From: an uncultured Altererythrobacter sp.
GTDB taxonomy: Bacteria; Pseudomonadota; Alphaproteobacteria; Sphingomonadales; Sphingomonadaceae
DNA length: 64,000 nucleotides
Direction: 5' to 3'
NCBI GenBank assembly: GCA_913055875.1
Contig: CAJXJY010000007.1
Coordinates: forward strand, 120,959 to 184,958
Shown here: positions 16,316-25,157 of the stretch, piece by piece
Layout: each line of letters starts with the position of its first letter
Position numbering within the stretch: position 1 is the stretch's first letter
Translations under genes and position numbers: made by a program
Notes under the pieces: generated by a model
The model's input: only the letters and a program-made list of their open reading frames with translations
What the model was told of the DNA's origin: nothing
Database searches by the model: none

Positions 16316-18022
16316 ATGAATACAGGCAACCTCCGGCTTTCGCGGCGCGGCATGATCGGCAGCCTTGCGGCTCTCGGTGCGAGTGCCGCGCTTCCGCTTC
16401 CGGCCTGGGCGAGGGGCGCCTCGCTGACGCATGCCGGGCGCGGTTTCGGCGAGGTGTCGGGCGAGGATATCCGCCTCGCGATCGGCAACCATCACTTCGC
16501 CACCGGCGGCCGGTCGGGGCACGCGGTCGCTGTCAACGGTACCGTGCCCGGCCCGCTGCTGCGGCTGCGCGAGGGGCAGGACGTGCGCATCACCGTCGCC
16601 AACGACCTCGACGAAAGCAGCTCGATCCACTGGCACGGCCTGCTGCTGCCGTTCCAGTTCGACGGCGTGCCCGGCATCAGCTTCCCCGGCATCGCGCCGC
16701 ACTCGAGCTTCACCTACGAATTCCCGATCAGGCAGAGCGGCACATACTGGTGGCACAGCCATTCGGGACTGCAGGAGCAGGCCGGCCATTACGGCCCGAT
16801 CGTGATCGAGAGCGCCGAGCCCGATCCGCGCTACGACCGCGACTACGTCGTGCTGCTGTCCGAGTTCACGCCGATGCATCCGCATCAGATCGCGCGCAAG
16901 CTCAAGGTCGGCGAGCATTATTTCAACTACCAAATGCAGACCGCGACCGAGGGCGACATGTCGGGCGCGGATCGGCGCATGTGGGGCGCGATGCGGATGA
17001 ACCCGCGCGACATCTCGGATGTGACGGGCGCGACCTACACCTATCTCGTCAACGGACATGGTCCGGCGGACGATCTCGAATTCGCGTTCGAGCCGGGCGA
17101 GCGCGTGCGGCTGCGCTTCATCAACGGTTCGGCGATGACGTTCTTCAACGTCCGGCTCCCCGGCGTGCCGATGACCGTGATCGCTGCCGACGGGCAGGAC
17201 GTCTCCGAGGTGGAAGTCGACGAATTCCAGATCGGCGTCGCCGAGACCTACGACGTGATCGTCCGCCCCCCGTCGGGCAGCCACGCGCTGGTCGCCGAGG
17301 CGATGGATCGCAGCGGGATGGGGATCGCCAGCCTGACCTCGCATCCCGGCCACCGTGCCAGCCCGCCGCCGCTGCGGAAGCCGGTGACGCTGACCATGGC
17401 GGATATGGGCATGGGCTCGATGGAGGGCATGGATCACGGCGCAATGGATATGGACCACTCCATGCGCGACACCTCGAATTTACCGGCGGACGTGAAGGTC
17501 GGGCCCGGTATCGACATGGTCGCGCCGATGCCGGTCGACCGGATGGACTATCCTGGCCTCGGCCTCGACGCCGTGAGCCACCGCGTGCTGCGCTACACCG
17601 ACCTGAAGGCGAAGCGGATGAACCCGCACCGCACGGTCGAGCGCGAGATGGAAATCCACCTGACCGGCAATATGGAACGCTACATGTGGTCGTTCGACGG
17701 GCGCAAATTCTCCGCCGTCACCGACGATCCGATCCGTTTCGGCTACGACGAGCGGGTGCGCGTGAAGCTGGTCAACGACACGATGATGGCGCACCCGATC
17801 CACCTGCACGGCCACTTCTTCGAACTGGTCAACGGCGCCGACCACATGCATCAGCCGCTCAAGCACACGGTCGTGGTGCAGCCGGGCGGCACCGCGACGT
17901 TCGACCTGACCGCGAACGAGCCGGGCGACTGGGCTTTCCACTGCCACCTGCTCTACCACATGCATGCTGGCATGATGCAGACCGTCACCGTGCGGCCGTT
18001 TCCGGCGGGGACGGGCGCCTGA
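16316..18022 (+). CDS. copA: Copper-resistance multicopper oxidase CopA
   Basis: Tat signal SRRGMIGSLAALGASAA, copper sites HWHG, WWHSH, HPIHLHGH, HCHLLYHMHAGM. Confidence 0.92.
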   Translation: MNTGNLRLSRRGMIGSLAALGASAALPLPAWARGASLTHAGRGFGEVSGEDIRLAIGNHHFATGGRSGHAVAVNGTVPGPLLRLREGQDVRITVANDLDESSSIHWHGLLLPFQFDGVPGISFPGIAPHSSFTYEFPIRQSGTYWWHSHSGLQEQAGHYGPIVIESAEPDPRYDRDYVVLLSEFTPMHPHQIARKLKVGEHYFNYQMQTATEGDMSGADRRMWGAMRMNPRDISDVTGATYTYLVNGHGPADDLEFAFEPGERVRLRFINGSAMTFFNVRLPGVPMTVIAADGQDVSEVEVDEFQIGVAETYDVIVRPPSGSHALVAEAMDRSGMGIASLTSHPGHRASPPPLRKPVTLTMADMGMGSMEGMDHGAMDMDHSMRDTSNLPADVKVGPGIDMVAPMPVDRMDYPGLGLDAVSHRVLRYTDLKAKRMNPHRTVEREMEIHLTGNMERYMWSFDGRKFSAVTDDPIRFGYDERVRVKLVNDTMMAHPIHLHGHFFELVNGADHMHQPLKHTVVVQPGGTATFDLTANEPGDWAFHCHLLYHMHAGMMQTVTVRPFPAGTGA

Positions 18023-19101
18023 TGCGCGCGGCCCTGCTTGCCGCCGCCGCGCTGGGTGCCGCGCCCGTCGCGGCGCAGGATCATTCGGCGCATGGCGGCC
18101 ATTCGTCCGAAGCGCAGGGCCATGCCGGGCACGGCGATGTCGCCACGCCGCCGGAGATGGATCACTGCGCGATGGGCCATTTGCCACCCGAGCAATGCCC
18201 GTCGCCGGAACAGGACGACGAGGGCGGCGATACCGAACCGATGGACCATTCGCAGATGGATCATTCCGGGATGGAGCAGCCGGACGATAGCCACTCGGGA
18301 ATGGTCCACTCCGCCATGGACCATGCGCCTGCCGACAAGTCCGCACCCGGCGCAGCGCCCGAAAGCGCCGTCCCGCCGCGCGCGCTGCAAGGTCCGCAGC
18401 ACGCCGCCGACGCGGTCTGGGGCGCGGAGGCGATGGCCCCGGCGCGCGAGGCCAACCGCGCGACGCATGGCGGAATGAAAACCGGCATGGTCATGGTCGA
18501 ACGGCTCGAAGCGCGCATCGCCGAGGGCCACGACGCGTTCGTGTGGGACGCGCAGGCCTGGTATGGCGGCGATCTCGACAAAATGTGGCTCAAGACAGAG
18601 GGCGAGGGGGAATTCGGCGGCGCAGTCGAGGATGCGGAGATCCAGGCCCTGTGGAGCCACGCGATCGGCCCGTTCTTCGACCTCCAGGCGGGCGCGCGGC
18701 TCGATCTCGAACCCGAGACGCGCAGCCATCTCGTGCTCGGGGTGCAGGGGCTCGCGCCCTACATGTTCCATGTCGACGGTGCCGTATTCCTGTCCGATCG
18801 CGGCGACATCGCCGCGCGGCTGGAGGGCGAATACGACCAGAAGATCACCCAGCGCCTGATCCTCCAGCCGCGCGCCGAACTCGAGCTGGCGGTGCAGGAC
18901 GTGCCCGAGCGGGGCATCGGCGGCGGCTTGACGACGTTCGAGACCGGGCTGCGCCTGCGCTACGAGATCGCGCGCGAATTCGCGCCCTATATCGGCGTCG
19001 GCTACGAGGCTAAGCTGGGCGAGACGGCGGACATCGCGCGCGCCGCGGGCGAGGATCCGGACGGTTTCGCGTTGCTGCTGGGTGTGCGTGCGTGGTTCTA
19101 G
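18022..19101 (+). CDS. copB: Copper-resistance outer-membrane protein CopB
   Basis: ATG overlaps the copA stop by 1 nt (TGATG). Signal peptide, His/Met-rich MDHS repeats, C-terminal beta-barrel-like region ending in F. Confidence 0.85.
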   Translation: MRAALLAAAALGAAPVAAQDHSAHGGHSSEAQGHAGHGDVATPPEMDHCAMGHLPPEQCPSPEQDDEGGDTEPMDHSQMDHSGMEQPDDSHSGMVHSAMDHAPADKSAPGAAPESAVPPRALQGPQHAADAVWGAEAMAPAREANRATHGGMKTGMVMVERLEARIAEGHDAFVWDAQAWYGGDLDKMWLKTEGEGEFGGAVEDAEIQALWSHAIGPFFDLQAGARLDLEPETRSHLVLGVQGLAPYMFHVDGAVFLSDRGDIAARLEGEYDQKITQRLILQPRAELELAVQDVPERGIGGGLTTFETGLRLRYEIAREFAPYIGVGYEAKLGETADIARAAGEDPDGFALLLGVRAWF

Positions 19102-19155
19102 GGACGCCCGCGCTGCTGCAGCGTTCGTCTCGAATCCGATCGGGCCCGCCCCAAA

Positions 19156-19246
19156 CCGTCATGCTGAACTTGTTTCAGCATCCATCCCTCCACTCGTACC
19201 GTCCGCGCCTCAGGCGAAATGGATCCTGAAACAAGTTCAGGATGAC
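19156..19246. repeat. REP-like hairpin doublet (inverted pair)
   Basis: CCGTCATGCTGAACTTGTTTCAGCATCC at 19156-19183 and its near reverse complement at 19221-19246. Confidence 0.85.
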
Positions 19247-19613
19247 AATGAGGTCGGCAGGGGCTCAGGCTCCTACGGATCGACAGCTCCGGACGAACGG
19301 ATTTCGGTAAGCCGGATTTCAGTAAGCCGAGTCCGTGCCGGGAAATTCTGTCCTACACGGCTGCCCGGCTCTATGCCCGGTCCATGCACGAGTCGCTATC
19401 CCGATTGCTTGCCCTGACGATGCCGGCCCTGCTGGCGGGCGTCACAACGATGCTACGGAAGGTGACAGATGCGACACTTGAAAGAGGTCGTAAACACCTG
19501 ATCTTCCCGAATTTTACGGGTTCTCCGGAATTTTTTGAAACACCCCGGTGCGTGTCACACTTCCACCCCTTCGCGCTTGCAACCTCGCGCCGCCTGCGCG
19601 AAGGGCGGCGGCC

Positions 19614-21239
19614 ATGAGCATGACCGAACTGATGGACGCCGCGCGCGTATCGAAGGCCTGGCCGTTCCAGGAGGCGCAGCGGCTGCTCAAGCGCTATCCC
19701 GACGGGAAGAGCGAGCCCATGCTGTTCGAGACCGGCTACGGCCCCTCGGGCCTGCCGCATATCGGCACCTTCCAGGAAGTGCTGCGCACCACACTGGTAC
19801 GGCGCGCCTACGAGGCGATCATCGGCGCGCGGCCCGAGGACGGCAAGACCCGGCTGGTCGCGTTCAGCGACGACATGGACGGGCTGCGCAAGGTGCCCGA
19901 CAACGTACCCAACCGGGACATCCTGCAGCACAATCTGCACAAGCCGCTGAGCCGCATCCCCGATCCCTTCGGCGGGCACCACCAGAGCTTCGCGCATCAC
20001 AACAACGCCAGACTGCGCGAATTCCTCGACCGGTTCGGGTTCGACTACGAATTCGTCGCCGCGAGCGAGCGCTACAATTCGGGCGCATTCGACGACGCGC
20101 TGCGGCAGGTGCTGCGGCACAATCAGGGCATTCTCGACATCATGCTCCCGACGCTGCGCGAGGAGCGGCGGCAGACCTATTCGCCGGTGCTGCCGATCTC
20201 GCCCACGAGCGGCAAGGTGCTGCAGGTACCGGTCGAGGTGGTCGATGCCGAGGCGGGCACGATCCGCTTTGCCGACGAGGACGGCAGTACCGTCGAGCAA
20301 AGTGCGCTCGGCGGGCAGGCCAAGCTGCAATGGAAGGTCGACTGGGCGATGCGCTGGTATGCGCTCGGGGTCGATTACGAGATGTACGGCAAGGACCTGA
20401 CCGACAGCGGGGTGCAGTCGGGCCGGATCGTCAAGCTGCTCGGCGGGAGGAAGCCCGAAGGGCTGGTCTACGAGTTGTTCCTCGATGCGAACGGCGAGAA
20501 GATATCCAAGTCGAAGGGCAACGGGCTGACGATCGAGGAATGGCTGACCTATGGCAGCGAGGATTCGCTCGGCTTCTACATCTTCCCCAATCCCAAGAGC
20601 GCCAAGCAGCTCCATGCCGGGGTTATCCCGCGCGCGGTCGACGATTACTGGCAGTTCCGCGGCAACATTCCGGAGCAGAAGCTGGAGAAGAAGCTCGGCA
20701 ATCCGGTGTGGAACCTGCTGCGCGCCAATGGCAGCTGGGAAGGTACCGAGGCGCCGGGCGAGGGCGACGGCCTGCCGGTCACTTACGGATTGCTGCTCAA
20801 CCTGGTCGGGGTGCTCGGCGCGGGGGCGGACCGGGCGCAGGTGTGGTCCTATCTCGGCAATTACATCGACGATCCCGACCCGGCGAAGCACCCGGAGCTC
20901 GACGAACTGGTGAACACCGCGCTCGCCTACAATCGCGATTTCGTCGCGCCGACGCTGGACAAGCGCGCGCCCGACGAGCGCGAGGCGGCGGCGTTGAAGA
21001 CGCTCGATCACGCGCTGTCGATCATGGACCCGGCGACGCCTGCGGAGGATATCCAGACGGTGGTCTACGAGATCGGCAAGGACGAGACCTTCGGTTTCGA
21101 GAACCTGCGCGACTGGTTCAGGGCGCTCTACGAGACGCTGCTCGGCTCGGCGCAGGGTCCGCGCATGGGCAGCTTCATCGCGTTGTTCGGCATCGCCAAC
21201 ACCCGCGTGCTGATCGCCGAGGCGCTGGAGCGCTCATGA
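19614..21239 (+). CDS. lysK: Lysine--tRNA ligase, class I
   Basis: ETGYGPSGLPHIGTFQEVLR and KISKSKGNG motifs of class I LysRS. ATG at 19614. Confidence 0.9.
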   Translation: MSMTELMDAARVSKAWPFQEAQRLLKRYPDGKSEPMLFETGYGPSGLPHIGTFQEVLRTTLVRRAYEAIIGARPEDGKTRLVAFSDDMDGLRKVPDNVPNRDILQHNLHKPLSRIPDPFGGHHQSFAHHNNARLREFLDRFGFDYEFVAASERYNSGAFDDALRQVLRHNQGILDIMLPTLREERRQTYSPVLPISPTSGKVLQVPVEVVDAEAGTIRFADEDGSTVEQSALGGQAKLQWKVDWAMRWYALGVDYEMYGKDLTDSGVQSGRIVKLLGGRKPEGLVYELFLDANGEKISKSKGNGLTIEEWLTYGSEDSLGFYIFPNPKSAKQLHAGVIPRAVDDYWQFRGNIPEQKLEKKLGNPVWNLLRANGSWEGTEAPGEGDGLPVTYGLLLNLVGVLGAGADRAQVWSYLGNYIDDPDPAKHPELDELVNTALAYNRDFVAPTLDKRAPDEREAAALKTLDHALSIMDPATPAEDIQTVVYEIGKDETFGFENLRDWFRALYETLLGSAQGPRMGSFIALFGIANTRVLIAEALERS

Positions 21240-21240
21240 G

Positions 21241-21313
21241 TCCCCGCGAAGGCGGGGACCTCGGGCAATCAGGCGCTCCGCTTGACGGCCTGAGGCCCCC
21301 GCCTTCGCGGGGG
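21241..21313. repeat. REP-like hairpin doublet
   Basis: TCCCCGC-gaag-GCGGGGA at 21241-21258 and CCCCCGC-cttc-GCGGGGG at 21296-21313, in inverted orientation. Confidence 0.8.
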
Positions 21314-21319
21314 CTCACG

Positions 21320-21988
21320 CTACCCCCACTTCCGCGTCCGGTACCACTTGGTGATGACGTATTTGGTGCCCTGCTCGACAGCGGTGCCGGCGTGCAGCGT
21401 ATCCTCGTTGGGCGAACCGTCCTCGAGCGCGTTGTTCCATACCAGCAGCACGCCGGGCTTGGGGGTGATCCTGACTCCGACCTTGGTGAAATGCGTCTCG
21501 CCGCCCTTCTCTACCCGGTTGAGGAAGGCCATCGCGGTCCAGCTGCGCTGCCCGCCGCGCTTGCGTTCGCTCTTCCAGTAGTCCTCGGTGGTGTAGAACC
21601 AGTCGTTGTGCGGCCGGAACTGCTGGCCGGGCATGTAGCGCTGACCCTGGATCGCCTCGCCGATCTCGGGCTTGAGGCCGAGCAGGTCGTCGATCCGCCG
21701 CGAGATCCCGGCGACGAACTGGTCGCGCGAATCGAGATTGCCCGAGTAGGAGGTGCGGAAACCGGTCGAGTAGTCCTGATCGTACAGCGTGCTCGGCTGC
21801 GCGACCATGTCGATCATCATCACCAGCCGCTGGCATTCGGCAGGGGAGAGGAAATTGCCGATCGCGAAAATCTCCGCCTTGTCGGTATCGATCTTGTAGG
21901 CCTGGTCGTCGGCCGCGAGCCGCTTGCGCACCGATGCGCCGACGCGCGCGAGCGCGTCCTTGTCGGGAATGATCGTCTTCTTCGCCAT
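21320..21988 (-). CDS. 2OG-Fe(II) oxygenase (prolyl 4-hydroxylase-like)
   Basis: HNDW (HxD) plus a distal His and LLVWNN strand typical of the P4H-type fold. Confidence 0.8.
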   Translation of the reverse strand: MAKKTIIPDKDALARVGASVRKRLAADDQAYKIDTDKAEIFAIGNFLSPAECQRLVMMIDMVAQPSTLYDQDYSTGFRTSYSGNLDSRDQFVAGISRRIDDLLGLKPEIGEAIQGQRYMPGQQFRPHNDWFYTTEDYWKSERKRGGQRSWTAMAFLNRVEKGGETHFTKVGVRITPKPGVLLVWNNALEDGSPNEDTLHAGTAVEQGTKYVITKWYRTRKWG

Positions 21989-22070
21989 GCCGCCCCTCTA
22001 TCAAAGCGTGGCGGCACTGCAAGATGGCTGCTAGGTTGTTGTACCATCGGGGGCAGGGAGAACGAGCACA

Positions 22071-22625
22071 ATGACCGAGGCCGCGCGCAACCGCTATTCG
22101 ACTGGAGCGATGATCTTCCACTGGACGATCGCCGTGGCGGTGATCGTCAACTGGCGGATCGTCGAGGCGGCTGAACACGCGGCGGGTCCCGATCGCGGCG
22201 CGCTGATGGCCAATCACAAGGCGCTGGGGATCGCGATCCTGTTGCTGACCGTAGGCCGGTTGCTGTGGCGCTGGACGCATCCGACGCCGCCGCTGCCGAG
22301 CGATCTCGCAAGCTGGGAGCGCATCCTGGCGAAGACCGTGCACGTGATCTTTTACGTGCTGCTGATCGCGCTGCCGCTGGGCGGCTGGTTCGCCAATTCG
22401 CTCAACGGGCGCGAAGTGGATTTCTTCGGCCTGTTCACCATTCCCGCGCTGCCGGTTGGCGAGAACAGGGATCTCGGCGGGTCGATCTTCGACGTGCACG
22501 AACTTGCGGGAAAGGCGTTCATCTACCTGATCGGGCTGCACATCCTCGGCGCGCTCAAGCACACCTTCTTCGACCGGAACGGCGGCATCTTCCGCATGCT
22601 GCCGTTCGGGAAAGTGCCGGGCTGA
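22071..22625 (+). CDS. Cytochrome b561 family protein
   Basis: IFHWTIAV...HKALGIAILLL...HELAGK His ligands, four TM helices. Confidence 0.85.
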   Translation: MTEAARNRYSTGAMIFHWTIAVAVIVNWRIVEAAEHAAGPDRGALMANHKALGIAILLLTVGRLLWRWTHPTPPLPSDLASWERILAKTVHVIFYVLLIALPLGGWFANSLNGREVDFFGLFTIPALPVGENRDLGGSIFDVHELAGKAFIYLIGLHILGALKHTFFDRNGGIFRMLPFGKVPG

Positions 22626-22633
22626 TCCGTACG

Positions 22634-22665
22634 AAAAACCCCCGCCGATCGCTCGGCGGGGGAAT
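22634..22665. terminator. Bidirectional intrinsic terminator
   Basis: CCCCCGCCGA-tcgc-TCGGCGGGGG (22639-22662), flanked by an A run and A/T. Lies between convergent genes. Confidence 0.7.
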
Positions 22666-22675
22666 GGGACGTGCA

Positions 22676-23575
22676 CTACCAGAAGAAGTCGTAGATCACG
22701 TCGACCACTTCGCCGGTATAGGTGTTCACCAGCAGCACGTCGTCGTAATAGCGGACCCAGCGATAGGGGCCATAGACTTCGGGCAGGCGATAGTGCCACG
22801 GATCGCTGATCCAGTAGCGGCTGCCGTAGAACAGGTCGTCGAGATAGAACCCGATGCTCAGTCGGCGATAGCGGTAGCTGCGATAGGGCGAATAGTAGGC
22901 GCCGAGCCGGAAGATCGTCCGGTTCGTATTGCGATAGCCGTACCAGTTGTAGCGGTTGTTGTCGCGCCAGCGCCGGTCCCAGCGGCGATGGTTGTCGGCC
23001 CGGCGTCCGTCGCGATAGCCGTTACGATAGGCATTGCGGTCGTCGCGGCGGTCGGCATTGCGGTTGTCGCCGCGATAGGTCCGGTTGCGGTCGTTGTCGC
23101 GATAGTCGCGGTTGCGATCGTTGCCGCGCACGCGGCTCGGGTCGAGCCCGAACCGGCGCTGGTCGCCGCGATCGTTACGCGTATCGCTGCCGCGCCGATC
23201 ACCCCCGCCGCGCGTCTGGTCGCGATTGCCGTCCCAGCGCGAGGAGCGCGTGGCCGGAACCTGGCTTGCGTTGCGCTGCGTCGGCGCGCTGCTCTGCCGT
23301 TGCTGCTGCTGCTGCGCAACAGGCTGCTGGCGCTGCCGGGCGACCGGAACGGGGGTCTCCGGGGTTGGCTGCGAACGCTGGCTCTGCTGGCCGTTGCGCG
23401 CACCACGCTGCGAGCGCGCCGGACGCTCGCGTGCCGTATCGCGCGAATCGCGCTCGCTCCAGTTCCGGTCCGACCGGCCCGACTGCGCATCGGCGCTCAC
23501 GGGGATTGCGGTCGCGGCGAGCGCCACCGCCAGCGCACCGAGAGCGGCGCGCGAAAAGACCATGCTACCTTTCAT
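22676..23575 (-). CDS. RcnB-family periplasmic protein with Arg/Asp/Asn-rich disordered region (paralog 1)
   Basis: Signal peptide. C-terminus ...YWISDPWHYRLPEVYGPYRWVRYYDDVLLVNTYTGEVVDVIYDFFW fits the RcnB-like domain. Confidence 0.75.
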   Translation of the reverse strand: MKGSMVFSRAALGALAVALAATAIPVSADAQSGRSDRNWSERDSRDTARERPARSQRGARNGQQSQRSQPTPETPVPVARQRQQPVAQQQQQRQSSAPTQRNASQVPATRSSRWDGNRDQTRGGGDRRGSDTRNDRGDQRRFGLDPSRVRGNDRNRDYRDNDRNRTYRGDNRNADRRDDRNAYRNGYRDGRRADNHRRWDRRWRDNNRYNWYGYRNTNRTIFRLGAYYSPYRSYRYRRLSIGFYLDDLFYGSRYWISDPWHYRLPEVYGPYRWVRYYDDVLLVNTYTGEVVDVIYDFFW

Positions 23576-23729
23576 CGATTTGTTCCTTTGCAGACCTCGT
23601 CCGTCCGATGATCGAGGCGGAGCGAATGGCTTCTTTTCCGCCCAACCGCGTGAGCCGATCCTGAATTCGTTCGATGCCTTTCGTTCATATTAAAGTGCGT
23701 GAACCTGAACGCAATTCGCCATGCATAGC

Positions 23730-23766
23730 AAAACCCCCGCCGGATCGCTCCGACGGGGGTTTTCTG
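23730..23766. terminator. Intrinsic terminator after RcnB-like paralog 2
   Basis: CCCCCG...CGGGGG hairpin at 23734-23759 with T/A runs on both sides. Confidence 0.65.
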
Positions 23767-23811
23767 TTGCGGCCGGACCAACCGAGTGCCGGCCGCAGGG
23801 GAAGATACGCC

Positions 23812-24822
23812 TTACCAGAAGAAGTCGTAGATCACGTCGACCACTTCGCCGGTATAGGTGTTCACCAGCAGCACGTCGTCGTAATAGCGCACCCACCGGT
23901 AGGGGCCGTAGACCTCGGGCAGGCGATAGTGCCACGGATCGCTGATCCAGTAGCGGCTGCCGTAGAACAGGCTGTCGAGATAGAACCCGATGCTCAACCG
24001 GCGATAGCGATAGCTGCGATAGGGCGAATAGTACGCGCCGAGCCGGAAGATGCTGCGGTTGCTGTTGCGGTACCGGTGCCAGTTGTAGCGCCGGTTGTCG
24101 CGCCAGCGGCGGTTCCAGCGGCGGTAGTCGCGGCGATCCGCGCGCCGGTCGGCCCGGCGACCGTCGCGATAGCCGTTGCGATACGAGTTGCGGTCGTTGC
24201 GATAGCTCCGGTTGCGGTCGTTGCGGTACGTCCGGTTGCGGTTGTTGCTGCGCACCCGGTTCGGGTCGAGCCCGAAACGGCGCTGATCGCGTGCCCGGTT
24301 GTTGGCCCGGTTGTTGGACCGGTTGTCGGCACGCCGCTCGATGCGATTGGCTCGCCGGTCTCCGCGCCGTTCGACCTGGCGCGCGGCGCGGTTCGTGCGC
24401 CGGTTGATCTGCCGCGCCTGTTGCGTGTTGCCGGCACGGCGCGCGGCGGCGGCCCGCCGATCGCCGCGATTCTCGATCCGGTCCGCACGGCGTTCCGAAC
24501 GGCGGTCGACGCGATTGGCGCGGCGTTGAGCATTGGCCTGCTGCCGATTGCCATTGTTGCGGTTCGCCTGCTGGCGGTTGCCGCGGCGCTGCTGGCGGGC
24601 TTCGCGGCGATTGCCGCGGTTCTGCCTGGCCTCGCGGCGATTGCCGCGATTCTGCCGGGCCTCGCGGCGGTCGCCGCGGTTCTGGCGGGCGCGGTCGCGA
24701 TCGCCGCGCTGCTGTTCGGCGGCGGCGGAAGCAGCGGCCTCTGCCGGTGCCGGAAGCACGAAGGCCATCGCGGCGGCGAGGGCCGATAGCGCGCTTCCTT
24801 TCAAGAGTTGTGCGAGTGTCAT
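23812..24822 (-). CDS. RcnB-family periplasmic protein with tandem Arg-rich decapeptide repeats (paralog 2)
   Basis: ATG at 24822 followed by a signal peptide. C-terminal roughly 70 aa almost identical to paralog 1. Confidence 0.75.
   Translation of the reverse strand: MTLAQLLKGSALSALAAAMAFVLPAPAEAAASAAAEQQRGDRDRARQNRGDRREARQNRGNRREARQNRGNRREARQQRRGNRQQANRNNGNRQQANAQRRANRVDRRSERRADRIENRGDRRAAAARRAGNTQQARQINRRTNRAARQVERRGDRRANRIERRADNRSNNRANNRARDQRRFGLDPNRVRSNNRNRTYRNDRNRSYRNDRNSYRNGYRDGRRADRRADRRDYRRWNRRWRDNRRYNWHRYRNSNRSIFRLGAYYSPYRSYRYRRLSIGFYLDSLFYGSRYWISDPWHYRLPEVYGPYRWVRYYDDVLLVNTYTGEVVDVIYDFFW
24601..24690. repeat. Three tandem 30-bp units inside paralog 2
   Basis: 24601-24630, 24631-24660 and 24661-24690, encoding REARQNRGNR-type decapeptides. 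Confidence 0.85.
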
Positions 24823-25126
24823 GTGTTGGCTCTCCGTTTGGTCAACGCCGCGCCCACCACATGCGGCCCCTGTCGTGATCACGATGTATCACCGTGTATC
24901 GGTAATGCCGCTCTATGGTGGGTCGACTGACCGGAAACTGAACCGGCCGTTGCGGCTTCTGTTAATGTTCATTTACCAAAAGCTGAATGAACCTGGGCTG
25001 GACGAGCTGGGCCGATTCAGGTTTCGTTACAATGCCGTAGCCGATTGCGAGAGTGCCGCGGTTCGTTACCGGCCCCCGCAGCGCGCGTATGCGAATTGAT
25101 GAAAGCCCCAAACCGTAGTAGATCGA

Positions 25127-25140
25127 TGGTAGCGCTACCA
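25127..25140. promoter_or_regulatory. Perfect 14-bp palindrome, LacI-family operator-like
   Basis: TGGTAGCGCTACCA, 18 nt upstream of the ATG at 25158. Confidence 0.55.
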
Positions 25141-25157
25141 AAAATGGGGCGCGAACA

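Noticed and set aside
19384-19617. 77-codon upstream ORF overlapping the lysK start (ATGA)
   Set aside because: Its third codon positions are A/T-rich and its composition is non-genic for this genome. It is probably a non-coding leader. It is kept only as a note in the lysK 5' region finding.
24533-25099. 188-aa plus-strand ORF considered as a possible missing HTH exon of the LacI-like gene
   Set aside because: It is antisense to RcnB-like paralog 2 for most of its length. It is Arg/Cys/Ser-rich and contains no LacI-type HTH sequence.
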